Assembly: GCA_977016875.1 (NCBI GenBank)
Contig: CDRNST010000131.1
Span: 372,001 to 436,000 of the forward strand
Reading direction: 5' to 3'
Length of the DNA stretch: 64,000 nt
From: Pavona decussata
Lineage: Eukaryota
The notes under the pieces were generated by a model. That model did not search any database. It saw only the letters and a list, made by a program, of their open reading frames with translations, and had not been told where the DNA came from. The position numbers and the translations under genes are program-made. Shown here piece by piece: positions 1 to 12,800 of the stretch (position 1 is the stretch's first letter; each line of letters begins with the position of its first letter).

Positions 1-1
1 T

Positions 2-508
2 GCAGATGACACCAGTACCATCTCGAGTGAACTGTACACACAGAGTCCGTCAAGTGACCGAAGTCTACAGACCAGTCAAAGTGATGACGACGACTCAATC
101 TTCGACGCACCCCTTTCCGCTTGCTTGACTCAGAATAGCAAGCGGGCTCTGGATGAAGAGGACGCAACAACTCCTCCACAGTCAACACCAAGCAGAACAA
201 AGCGCCCTCGCAATTCCTTATCCAGTAAGGCGTCATCGTCCAAATCACCCTCCCCGCCACCACCAACACCCGCAAAAGGCAAAAAAGGAAAGAAACCCAA
301 ACAACGCAAGCACATCGCTGATGAGGAAGAAGATGCCTACTTGGAATTTTTAAAAGTGCAGACTGAGAATGCTAAGAGGAGGGAAGAAGAACGAGATCAG
401 CTATTCTCATATTTGAAGAAATCAGATGAGCAGACTCACAATTTAATGATTAGTGCAATTAGGGAATTAGGCGAGGTCCTCAAGGCGGGAAATTCCTCCA
501 AAACCTGA
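2..508 (+). CDS. C-terminal part of the Harbinger partner (Myb/SANT-like DNA-binding) protein, 5'-partial
   Basis: Frame is open from base 2 (ADDTSTISSELY...) to TGA at 508. Ser/Pro-rich linker, basic NLS-like KGKKGKKPKQRK and a C-terminal coiled-coil-like segment; convergent with the transposase. The Myb domain itself is not in the window. Confidence 0.65.
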   Translation, partial: ADDTSTISSELYTQSPSSDRSLQTSQSDDDDSIFDAPLSACLTQNSKRALDEEDATTPPQSTPSRTKRPRNSLSSKASSSKSPSPPPPTPAKGKKGKKPKQRKHIADEEEDAYLEFLKVQTENAKRREEERDQLFSYLKKSDEQTHNLMISAIRELGEVLKAGNSSKT

Positions 509-883
509 CCTAGCTTTTTCATTTTTTTCTGAATTCGCTGCAGTTTAAATGCCAAATACAGTTATGATATTTAGCCGGAATTCAATTTGAACTGGACGGT
601 GGTGTTAGTATTTTTTACAGTTAGGCGTTTAATCCTTTTTATATCTAATTTTTTTAAACACGTTTGGGCATACACGCATGTATCAAAGAAACTTATGTGC
701 ATGCCAAGTCGCAAAAGAACTGATATAATCTGAATATATATATATATATATATAGATATATATGAGCGATATAATTGGTATATTCATACACAGCTTGATA
801 ACGTTTTGTTTTAGTGGAGCTATAATCCACTCCGATATCTTACTGGAAATAAATATGTTCTATACTGATATTTCGCATTCTAT

Positions 884-2134
884 TCAATTGTTAGCTAAAA
901 AGTCCGTGAGGGCTTGGCGAGCAAGTCTGCCTTGGGCATTGGGGGGATGAGCACCACCATCATCATCGTCATCGTCATCATCATCATCATCATTGCTGTC
1001 CAAATCATCATCGAATTCATCAGATCTTAACGCACAAATGTTATGTAAGATGCAGCAAGCTAGTATAGTATGCGGGACTTTCCTTGTACTTTCCTCAAGG
1101 ACCTTCAGTAGGCACCTCCATCTGCACTTTAGTTTGCCAAAAGCTCGTTCCACCACTACACGGCTCTTATTCATTGCTTTATTAAATCGAGACTGATCAC
1201 GTGTCATGGTAGCAGATTGAGGGTATGGGCCAATGAGCCAGGGCAATAATAGATAAGCTGAATCACCAAGAATAAGGGGTCTTACTGGAACACCTTCGAT
1301 ACTTTTTTCCGGCTCGGTTAATATTTCGTTATTTGTTGCCTTTCTATAGAGGGAGCTTAATCTCAATACTCTAGCATCATGCATGCTGCCTGGCCAACCA
1401 GTGCTAACGTCAATAAACATACCAGTTCCATCCACCGTACCTTGGAGGTTTATAGAATACTTCTGTTTTCTATTAAAATAGTCCTCGTGACAAGTTGTTG
1501 GAGCTTTGATTTCCACATGTGAGCCGTCTAAAGCACCAACAACATTTGGTAAACCAGCAATACTTTTCATTCTTCTAATTGCTAAGTTCAACTCCTCTTC
1601 ACCTGATGGAAATTTAATAAAATCGTCTTTCTTCTGAATCAATGCACGCGTAAATTCGTCACATATCTTTATAACCGTCGATTTTCCTATCCCAAAGGTA
1701 ATCCCAGTCGTCCGGTACGAGTTTCCACATCCATATCGCCAAAGAGCTATTGCAACTCTTTTATGGACAGGAATAGCTTTTCTTAGACGCGTGTCTTCTT
1801 TCTGTAAGTCCCTTTCAACAAGCTGGCAAATGAAGTCGAATGTCTCCCGTGTTACCCTGAAATGGTCTTTCCAAAGGGCTCGAAGGAGCCGGTTATCATA
1901 CATTTCCTCAAACCATCCCTGTGGTCGAGGGTAAACCCAGGCTTGCCTACGCGCTCTTCTTTGTCTGTTTCTTTGCCGTCTACGGTTAATTAACGAAACC
2001 GCTGCACTTTCTTTGGTCCCAAGATCTAAATAGTTGTATGTAAGAAGGAAGCGAATTCTACGTGCTCGTCTAAGCAGCAGAATTAAAAGCAAAATGGGAA
2101 CAATTGAAAATACAACTCTCTCTTGTTGATCCAT
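884..2134 (-). CDS. Harbinger/HARBI1-like DDE transposase (416 aa from ATG 2134)
   Basis: Uninterrupted ORF with HTH-like region (FRVTRETF...RVAIALW...FGIGKSTV), catalytic motifs GALDGSH, GWPGSMHDARVL, LGDSAY and RVVVERAFGKLKCRWRCL, then ACCILHNIC and a poly-Asp tail. Confidence 0.93.
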   Translation of the reverse strand: MDQQERVVFSIVPILLLILLLRRARRIRFLLTYNYLDLGTKESAAVSLINRRRQRNRQRRARRQAWVYPRPQGWFEEMYDNRLLRALWKDHFRVTRETFDFICQLVERDLQKEDTRLRKAIPVHKRVAIALWRYGCGNSYRTTGITFGIGKSTVIKICDEFTRALIQKKDDFIKFPSGEEELNLAIRRMKSIAGLPNVVGALDGSHVEIKAPTTCHEDYFNRKQKYSINLQGTVDGTGMFIDVSTGWPGSMHDARVLRLSSLYRKATNNEILTEPEKSIEGVPVRPLILGDSAYLLLPWLIGPYPQSATMTRDQSRFNKAMNKSRVVVERAFGKLKCRWRCLLKVLEESTRKVPHTILACCILHNICALRSDEFDDDLDSNDDDDDDDDDDDGGAHPPNAQGRLARQALTDFLANN

Positions 2135-5100
2135 AATTTTATTACACGCCAAGTCACAGTTAAGTAACTTACAGCCGATATGAACTCACGCGACATGTCA
2201 ACATTTAGTGTACTCGTCACGTATAAGTTTACTGGTCATGCGAAAAAGTGCACATGGAAAGCGTCAAATCTTTTTTGACAGCTTTACTAAGGTAAATAGG
2301 TGGTTGCGCAATTTACCTTGGTAAAGCAATTTTTACCATGGTAAAGCCTCTAGTGTGACCTCAGCCAATACCGTTATAAAGGATCTGAGATAAAACTGTC
2401 GTTGGGTGCCCCTGAAGGATGTGAATTGCGTAATAACGTTTACGGCGAAAATATAAGGATTTGTTTGATATTTATTAAGTTACGTTTCGGAAGAATTCGC
2501 AAGATATTTAATCTTGAGCCGTTCTTTATCNNNNNNNNNNNNNNNNNNNNNNNNNNNNNNNNNNNNNNNNNNNNNNNNNNNNNNNNNNNNNNNNNNNNNN
2601 NNNNNNNNNNNNNNNNNNNNNNNNNNNNNNNNNNNNNNNNNNNNNNNNNNNNNNNNNNNNNNNNNNNNNNNNNNNNNNNNNNNNNNNNNNNNNNNNNNNG
2701 ACTGGAATGTTCAACAAATCTGAGCTAGGCTAAATAAATAAATAAATAAATAAGTAAAACAGAGACTGAGAATAAGGATTGTGGGGTTGAAAGTCATATA
2801 TTTCAGCGTGGACAATTTCGAGCACACAGCGGTGCTGACTACCCCCCTCCTTCCCCCATTCTCCCCTCCCCTCCCTATCGGGGACGTGAATCTGGCGTGA
2901 CATTTCCGTAAAGAAAACAGCACGTGAGGTTTTGCATGCCCATCGAGCATCGCGGTTCGAAAGCTCTCCAATCTCCAGTCATCCCGAATTTTGGCCTTTT
3001 AGCTGTGCAATAACATACAAAATACTGACGGCAGACTGATCCCAATGGCGGAGGTGACGAGCTTGATAGAATAAACAACAAAGGCTAGAATAACTGAAAT
3101 ATATTTGTTTAAAAAACAATATATTTCGGTTTGCAATACAAATCTTCCTTGCGCGCCTAGTTTCTTCAAATCGAGATATCTTCTGCACTACCAAACCAAA
3201 AACTATATCAGATTTCATTAATTCAGAATCTTCCTAAATACGCGCGGGCTGCTATTATGCCTCCTCGCGTTCTTGCCTCTGGGCCAAAACCCTGCGGAGG
3301 CAATTATGCGGATGTTTTAAGAACACGCAAGCAAATAAAAATACAGAGTAGAGTTCTTACACACAAGCATGGCGTTGAGATGAACAGGGAATTCGTACTC
3401 TCAATAAGCTCGAAATCACAGTACCCATTCAGCTAGTTTTCAACCGCTTTTTCTCAAAATTAGAGTTCATGTTGCGAGAGAGTTTGACAACTGCTGTCTC
3501 CGTTTTTTTATGCCTTCATTCAAACCTTACGGGCAATGCAACTGAAGGAAGGAAAGTCTTTCTTTTTTAGACTTTAAAGTTTAACTGCCTCATTGAACAA
3601 TCCGGGCAAGGTATGAAAACTATTTGGCACGGTGTCAGTTGATACAAAGGAGTTAACGGTTGTGGCTGTGTCTTTCAGTCTAGATAATTCTCGACGTAAT
3701 GGAGCAGAAGTCGTTTTTGTGCGGAATGTACCATTGGAGATAATGCGCTGGATTCTACGTTGAATTAATTTTTTTTAATAAATACGGTTTTTTTCTCTTA
3801 AGGCACCCTTTGCTAGTTCTATGGAATGATATCGGCGATATCAAGGTTTTCGGTAGCATTTTAAAGTACTGGATTGAGAGGTTATAAGGGGGGAATTCCG
3901 ACTTGAGCGCCAAAGGTGCGAACATGGTGTGCCTTTGAGGAAGTATCTTAATTAGTGCCTTTAGTACTTACAGATTTTGAAAAACACAAAAATCGTGCAA
4001 AATCGGCCAATAAAATTGTCCCATATTGAGGTTTAGTAGACTTCAGGTACAAAAAGTAAGCTGTGTCTGGTCCAAATCATAACAACACTTGTAATTTATA
4101 AAATAAAAATCTTTATTGGCATAGCATAGGTTACATTAAGACCCTACGTTTGTGAAGTAATTAATTCTCCTGGAAGGAAAGGGGGGTACTCGGTAGTGAC
4201 TTATACGCTAAGGTTTCACCCAGAAGTGCACTTACTAAATCTTGCACATACCAACTTTCATCGAAATGATGCCCCTTCCCCAATTGTAGAAAAAAATCTT
4301 CGTATACCTCAAAGAAATGCCAAGACAAGAGAATATGAGCCCACGTTAATGGCACTGTAGGATTATTCATACTAATTTTGGTTGGAATTTCTGCCAGCAA
4401 ATTTCTGCTCATTTTCTCTTACCTTTCACTTCGTTTATACACTTTCGCAAGCTAGACACTAAGTGTACATATTTCGGGTGAAACCTCCCCGTACAGCCCG
4501 CTGAATGGAGTCATCCCCAGGCCCAACCCCTGGGAGTAATTTTCCCTTACAGAAAACGCACTCTACCATTGTCATCTGTTAATAGTTTCAGTGTGAAAAC
4601 TTTTAGAATTATCCTTAATCTTTTTTTTTTTTATCACTTCCACTATGACACGGCAATCAAAATATTACAAAGTTTGTAGGAGACGCAGTTAGCTGCCAGA
4701 AAGTGAAGATTGAACACCGTCTCCCAGGGCAGTGTCATTTATTTTAAGTGTCGATATGGATAGCCAAAAAACATATTTGTTTCAATGGAATCGTTAAAAT
4801 AATGATTGAGTTTTGTTAAAAATAACCCTACTAGTACACAGAAACTACTTTTAGTTATGTTTGGCTGCGGATGGCTAGGATAAAGGTGGATTTCAACTTG
4901 AAAAAGTTGGCCAATTTTTGCAAGTTCTTCCCGTGTATTTTAAAGACGTCGCTAAAAATTGATTAAGGCTTGTTCTTCATAGGAGAAAAACTGTAATATT
5001 TTCGTCCCGGTAATGTAAGAGCAATTTCATGTTACAAAACAGGTTCTTTACCAAATATTTTAACAGTTTCAACTCAAATTTTCATCGACCAGTTAGATTT

Positions 5101-6013
5101 CAGAACGATTTAATATGAAGGGGAAAATTAAATTGTTAGCTCACAGCACCCTACTGAACACATTTCGCTTCCAAGGGTTAACAAAGACAGGAAAACACAC
5201 GCGTAATTGAAACCCATTAAGGAAGGTGGTCGTTATTTAGTGGCAAATATGTTGAAGTGAGTGAATACAAAATATATATCTTCCTACAACTTAAATAAAA
5301 TAAAGTTAGCTATTAAAAGCAGGAAACTATGGATTCAACAACCCACCCGCATTACTGAGCACGTTCAGTAACAGAATCGAAGTTAAAATGTTTTTCAATT
5401 GGTGTCAGAATGTTTCTTTCTGATTAGCAATCCCATTTTTGGTTTCAAAATTAGAAACACAAGACTTGCTCTACAAACATCCTGGTAGTGAGTACGTGCC
5501 TGGGGCGACCATGAACGGCTGCTCCTAGAGCAGGACACCATCTTTGTTTTTATTCAAAGCGAGTGAAGGAATATTAAGGCAACATCACCAAAAAATAGAA
5601 TTGAATAATAATAATAATAAAAAAAACCCCACGGAGTGCAGAGATTCACTAGTGATAGTGGTAGAAATAAGAACATCACTTGCCTAGAAGCTACCTTCTT
5701 CTTGACCAGCGATCTGCGAATGACCGCTGGTCAACGGGTAACACAGACTCTTGTCATCAGACAAGTCACGAGAGTGAAGAATGTCTTTATCGTTGTTCAC
5801 GTGATATTTTCTCTTTTTATTTTCTCTTTAACACTCCATAGATGTCACTCTCAATCTTCACTGTCTAGGTTGTGAAAGCATGGAAGTATTTTTGGCTTCT
5901 TATCTCCAATGCGGTCGCCTTTTAAGTCAAAGCGGAATTCTTTTTTTTATATACAAGTTTCCGTGCCTAATAGTTGCGCAGTCCATTTTGGTATTGTAAC
6001 CGTTGTACCTCTT

Positions 6014-6778
6014 TTAGTATCTTGGCATTGGTGTTCTGTATCTTGTTTGTGTAGCTGGTGAGAAATACAAACAACAAATATCGTCAATCAGGTAATCGAT
6101 TGGTCAATCCGTCAATCAAATCAATCAATCAATCAATCAATCGATCGATCGATTGATCGATCAATCGATCGATCAATCAATTAATCATATCCATCAGACA
6201 GTCGTTCAGTCAGTCAGTCAGTGAGTCAATCAATCAATCAATCAATCAATCAAACAAGAAAGTCGATCGATTTTTTTGTCAGTGTTGATCAATACGTCGA
6301 TCAAGAAATCAATGCAAAGAAATAATCAATCACTCGATAAAAACATTCTATTAATCAATCGAGCATCCAAACTATTTAAACAAGAAAAGCTAAATCACAC
6401 ACAGACGGTTATTATTAAAAGCCTCCAACGCAATTTGGTATTTTCGTCTGTAAATGTGTTGATGGAGAAAAGTCAAGTTTCAGCAGTAAACATAACGCAA
6501 GTACAACAACCAGAAAACATAAAACCTTCACACCGATGTCTTAACTGGGTAATTGTCTTGATTTAGTGCTAAAACGTTTTGCGAAGAAATGCCTTTTCGA
6601 GGCCTTGCATCTCCAAGTCTAAATGCTACTAATAATTACTTGCAAAATGATAGCAATGTGATGATTGAATACTTACGTTTCGGTAACATTTCGTCGTCTT
6701 CTTCATCGTCCAACATTCGTCTTTGTTTACGTATTTTTTGCCTACGATCAATGTAAATACACGAAATAAACTTTCTTG

Positions 6779-6815
<37 letters not shown>

Positions 6816-9800
6816 GTCATTATTATCCTCCTCCTCCCTTATCCTACATATTTTTTCAACATATTGAGATATTTTTTATAGTTGGCGTGATATCTTTGAT
6901 TTTGCTAGGTTAAGCTATGGAAATGTCAATTGCAATTAAATAACTGTAAATGGATAGATTGTACACCATGTCAGTGTTACAATGTAACACTTTTTCAAAT
7001 AAACTTGCGTCTCACCTCTTCGTGCAGATGCACACAGCCCAAATAACTCCTCCGATTCCAGCTACGAATGCGAGAGAGGCTACAATGATATAGACAATCA
7101 TCCAATCTAGAAAAAAAGAAATGCCAAAGCTATAAATAATATTGTTTCGTCATAAACAGTCTGACTAGATTTCGAGATAATCGACAATGATTAAAATGAG
7201 AGGCTATGGGTTACCGTTGCTACGGTAACCGTTGTTGCTTGGAAACTGATGAAGAAATCAACTTTGATCATATGTTGGAATGATGATGTAGTATGAAGGA
7301 GATCGAAGTTTATCTTCTATGCGTGATTGTGATTTCAAAACTTCCAATTTAAGTTCGGAAAAACTGTTGCGAGCCTCCTTAAGGTATATACATTTTAATT
7401 AAGAGGGATTGGTGAATCTCGTTCCGGATTTATAAGATTTTTCTAATTGTAAGATGATCAAGTAAAGATGGTCAAGATAGTTAAGGACGGTGCCTATTAA
7501 TACAGAAGTGTTTTTGGGCGGTTTATGACTATGCGGGAAAAGCAGATTTTAGCAAGGGCGATTGGAATTCAAAAAGAAAATTGGTAAAATACAAAGCAAT
7601 GTATAGCATTTTTTTGCATATCGTAGCTTTATTATCTCTGAAAAATGCATGGTTACCCCAAATTTTCTTTTTGTATACCAAGAGCACTTGCTAAGTTCTG
7701 CTTTCTCCGCACAGTTTAAACCGCGCAAAAATACCCTTGTATTAGTGGGTACCACCCATAGGAAACCCGAGTATCTTGAGATGTGCAGAACGTACGCGTA
7801 GTAACCTTAGGCACCGTCCTTAATTGCAGATGGTCAAATCCCTGCTATTATTTCTTCCCGTTCACGTTTCACATCCACCTTGCGCTTGGAGAGATTCAGA
7901 ATTCGGCTAGATTTTGCTTGTAACAAGAGAGTGATGGCAATGGTGGACTGATAAGTTATCAAAGGAGAGTGAAAATGATTAAGACTTTCTTAATATATTA
8001 AGAAAGAGCAATACAATGGATTTACGGTACTCTAGCTAAAGTAAAGAACACAACGCAAAGCAAACCTTTTTCTCTCCGCCCATTTCCTCCTCTGTTCATG
8101 TAGGCCAGCTGTACATTAGCTCCGGCTACTGCGGGCTCCGTATTTGTTTGACATAAGACTCCGTCAAGACACTGAACTGCAAAACACTTATCATTCAGCA
8201 AGTAAGCGATATCACACGTGGGGCGAATGCAGCAGCGGCTGATACATCGGTGGATATCATCTGCTTTACCCAAATCTGTGAAGTTGCTAGATTTACTTCC
8301 GGGTCTGAGTTTAACATCGGTGGAAATTCTGCTGTCCGTACAACTTCCGGTTTTAGATGCAAAGTCCGTAGATTCTTCCGGCAAAGTTGCGACCGCGGAA
8401 AGGTCTGGGGAGAGGAAATATGTTTGAAATTTACATTTATTGTTGACACTGCAAGAGCTTTTATTCATCTGCACGTTTTAAAATTTCTTGGTATTCTTAG
8501 GTGCGGTTTTTTCTCCAAATTTATTGGAGCATAGACTCATTTCTTAGCGTTTTCTTTATCGAATACTGAAGACGTCTGGAATAGCTAATTAGGACTTGAG
8601 AAAACGAAAAGACATGTGTTGAGAAATCGGCATTCAATCATCAGAAAGACATTCAATTCACTGTCTCTTCTGTTAAAACAAAACAACCACAAAAACGAAG
8701 GCAACAAAAATACGTAATAAAGAAATTTCACCTAACTAAAGCCACTGTGATACCAAAGCTCAATATATTTTTTATTTTATTTATTCGTGAATCAATATAC
8801 CTGTCTCTTCTTTTGGTTCAGCTTTCATGACCATCGCTGATATGAGCGGAGTTTTCTTAGATACTTTCACCGAAACAGGAGTGCAGTCATTTTTAGTTGT
8901 ACAGGAAACAGAATAACATTTCTTTTGCACCATATACGCCATATCGCATCCTTTAGCATCACAGCATTTGTCCATACACTTGGCCATGGTGTCTACATCC
9001 TTGACTTCTGTAAAGTTGTTCTTGTGTATTCCTCCCGGAAGATCTTTGTTGTTAGTGATGTTGCTGTGTTTGCACTTGAGATCTTTCGGTTCTGGTGGAA
9101 TGGCAGCGGCTTCGCTAGATTCTGTGATGCAAATGAGAAGGAAAGGTTTTTAGTAAATTCTCCATGACTAATGACTAAAATTGTTACCGCGTTACACCTT
9201 CTAACCAAAAATAGATGGCTAAAATAATCGATCTAGCAAAGCAACAAGAACCAAAGCCCAGGCTCGTTCGCTTGCTTGCGTCTTCGCTTCTTTTGCTCAC
9301 CCACACGATAGCTTGCCTACTCAACTACATAGTAATGGAGTCCTAGCAATCTGAGAGTGGAAAGGTTATTCAGGAACATAAGTTGGGAGGGGGGGGGGGG
9401 GGCCTTTGCTAGGTTATTTTTTGGGGTGGCGGGGTTAGAAATTTTCTGGCGGGCTTTTATAGCTGCAAATGTTTCTTTAGGGTTTGATGTCGAGAAAAAT
9501 CGACTATTCGGGTTACGAACTAGGCCGTTGGACTTTTGTCGTGCATTTTAGCCTATTAGGACCACTTTTGGGTCTTAAGACTTGGCCTCTTTGTAAATCT
9601 TTCGGTCACTAATACACCTTGGGCCTACCAGTCTACCCGGCAAGTGCGTTCGTTTGCACAAAACGTATGCCTTAGTTTGAAAAAGAAATTCTCCAGCTTT
9701 ATCATTCAAAAAAGTTTAATTTTAGTTTCAACAAAGTGAAGCTAAATTGCAACTTTTAAACCCAAATGCACTCACCTTCCTTGGTGGACTCTTCCATTTT

Positions 9801-12800
9801 CCGCACGTAAGCGAGCTGTGGATTATAATCTGTAGGTGGAGCTTTAGTGTGTTCACAGAGATCTTTATTTTTGCACGTAACTGAATAACATGTCTTGCCG
9901 AGCATAAAGGCAACATGACACTTTTTATCCTTACAGCAAATATCCTGGCACTCATCCATCCCTTTCACGTCACCGTGGTTTTTAAATTTTCCTGCTTTCT
10001 TTCCACCTTTAAGGGTAACATTGTTGAGCACTTTCGCCTTGTCACATTCTTTCTTACCCGGTTCGCCATTCTTCGAGCTGGATTCGGAACCCTTGGAGAT
10101 TTCCGGAGTCTTTCCGGAGTTATCTTCGGAAGTATTCGATCCTCCAACTGGTGTTAGCTCGATCTTTCCGTTTACGATGTTCATTTTCATGGCTTGGCCA
10201 GCCGCGGCTGATTTTATCTGACTCTTAAAGCTTTGGTCGTCTTGCGCTTGTGGTATCTCTGTTTTCTTGGTTTCGGATTGGTCACCAGCCAACTGGTTCC
10301 CGCCTTGCGATGCCGGTGGAACAGGTGCAACTGGTTTCGACGCAGGAGGGATTGGAAACTGCATAGCTGTTTAAAAAAAAAAAACAACAAAGAAAAACAA
10401 AAAAATTGGCGCATTTTGGCTTTGAAGATTTGAAGAGAAAAGGAAAGAAAGTTTAATAGGCCATTTCCGAGTTGCTGTGAACCTCACTATGAAAGCGAGG
10501 CTAAGTGCAAAACTTTTCATATGAAAATTAGTTTTGTTTTGCATATGAATGAAAACTAATTTTCGTAGCAAAAACTTTGCACTAAGCCTCGCTTTCATAA
10601 TGAGGTTCAAAGCAACTCGAAAACGGTCTATTTAAACTTGTTTTGGCATCTGTTTAACATATGGCAACTAAAGAATTGAAATCATTTACATTAACAACAC
10701 ATATATCTATTTTCAGGGCATAGTTTTACACACTGAGTACTTCATACCAGTGCTGTGACAATTCCATTCAGTTTAAAACTAAATTATCAGGCTAGGGAAA
10801 TTGGCATCTTGTATGCCCAATTTTGCCCTTGTTTATAGGTCAAATATATGACCAACAGCAGGAGCCCATTGGCCAGAACGTGCCACTTCCATATAAAATA
10901 TCAGGAAAACCGTTCTTACAAGTAGAGCTTTTTTTAGACAAGTCTTTCCCGCGATGACGTCTGCAACTTTCATTTCATCTGAGCTGCCAATTTTCGAGCA
11001 AATACTGAAACTATCGCTGGGAATGCTATCAAAAGAATCCTGAGATGATTTATAGAATCATTTGTAATTCATTATCCGAAGTCTTAACGCATACACAGTA
11101 TGGAGGATGGGCGCTCCGAGAAATGGGCTAATTCCAAGATTTTCCTAGAGAAATGACAATTCATACCACGGAATTAAGAAAATTAAACGTTTCACAAACC
11201 TGCGTTTTCAAGAGGAGCTCCCGATGGCGGCAAAAGAGGCTGTTGTCCCGGCGTTTGGGGATTGGATGAAAATGGCGACACAGGGAGTGGGGGTGGGGCA
11301 AGTGGCGACGGCTGCTGTGGTTGCCCAGGCAACAGAGGTGTCTGCCCTTGTAGTTGGTTTTGTAAGAACTGCGTCGGCTGTGATGCGTCCTGTAATGGGG
11401 CCGTCAATCCAGGAATATGAGGTGTCTGTCCAGGTATTTGCGGTGTCTGTCCAGGCAGTTGAGGTATCTGTTCTGGTACAGATGGTCGTGTTAGAGGTGT
11501 CTGCGATAAGCCAGGGATTGTTTCCTTTGTTTGTTGTTCCGTGGGCTTTGGTGCACCTGGTAATATTAAAGAATCTTTAGAGGTTCTGTTACCCGAAGCA
11601 TTTTCCCTGAAGTTTGCAACCCAACCATGAAAGCACACTCTGTGACAAATTGCAGTAAACGTGTTGCACAATTCAACAACCTATCAAGAAACATCGTGTG
11701 ATGTTTGGACCCAGATTAACACGAAACCCTCCTAAATTAGGACGCATCCTAAGTATTTTTCCTTTTTCCTTTACTATTGTCCAACAATAGAATATTGTTA
11801 AGAAGCAATACTTAGGACATATCCTAACTTAGAATGGCTTTATGAATATGGTCCCCGATGACATTAATACTACACTACTTTTCTTGTAACTCGCATTACA
11901 ATTTTCGTTTTTTCGACCTTTCAAAAAGGGGCGTTACATTACGTATGTGCTATTTCGTACACAACCACATGGGAATTTGTATGGGAAATTATCTCTCGTA
12001 ATAAAACCTTAAGAGATGAATTCATTTGTACGTGTATTCGACCAAGCAAAAATTTAAATGTGCCCCAAGAGAGGAAAGGACCAAAGTTGAAATTTTCCAG
12101 CAAAACGTGGGAATCACGAAAGGAAAGAAAGGAAAAAGAAAGCTTGGAAATAACACCTCGCGTTGCCAAAAGCAACAACGAAGAATTTGGGAATGTACCA
12201 ATTAATTAAAAAGTGAGGTAAAAAACAAAAACAAAAACAAAAACAGAAAACAAGACAACAGCAACAACAACAAATCAGAGACTTATTTTCAAAGAAACCC
12301 CACTTGTTTTACATCTTCTTCCGTCTGTTGAGCTTTTAACTTTGGAGTTCAAGTATTACTCTAAGGTACAATATAAACGAGAGGAAATATTCTTACCAAT
12401 TAATTCAGTGGACCCATACTCCCTAACGTAAGATATCTGGGGGTTATATCGTGACGGGTTGGCTGGCTGCGTTTTGCACGCGTCCTTGCTCTTACATGCT
12501 ACTGAAAAGCAGTTAGAGGACAACATGAAGGCCAGGTTACAATGCGGCATCTCACAGCAGATTCGCCGGCATTTCTGCATGTCCTTGACCTTGCCGTGAT
12601 CTCGAAAATACCCGGATTGAATCCCGCCAACAAGTGTCACGGTCTCCAGCACTTTTCCCGCTGGACAGACAAGTTGGGGTTTGAGGATTTGATTTTTTGG
12701 TGCGTCTGAAATGAAAATATCAAATGTAGAAAGAGCTTTAATTGAAGAGACTCAATTGAAATATTTTAAGGGCGCAAAGGCAGAAGTTAAAAGGCGGCGT

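Larger units (their letters stand above)
1..2366. mobile_element. PIF/Harbinger DNA transposon, one end only (other end lies before the window)
   Basis: Two convergent ORFs (partner protein on +, DDE transposase on -). The terminus reads GGCTGAGGTCACACTAGAGGC on the - strand from 2366, resembling Harbinger TIRs. Three subterminal palindromes at 2283-2345. The second TIR and the TSD cannot be checked. Confidence 0.8.

Noticed and set aside
2135-2152. ORF-track start of the transposase at 2152
   Set aside because: That codon is TTG; the first in-frame ATG is at 2134.
2402-2728. ORFs spanning N-runs (also 50468-51154, 53904-54227, 59262-59504)
   Set aside because: Artifacts of assembly gaps.
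6629-6820. Poly-Met ORF
   Set aside because: Produced by a (CAT)n microsatellite; the real exon 6741-6677 is in another frame.
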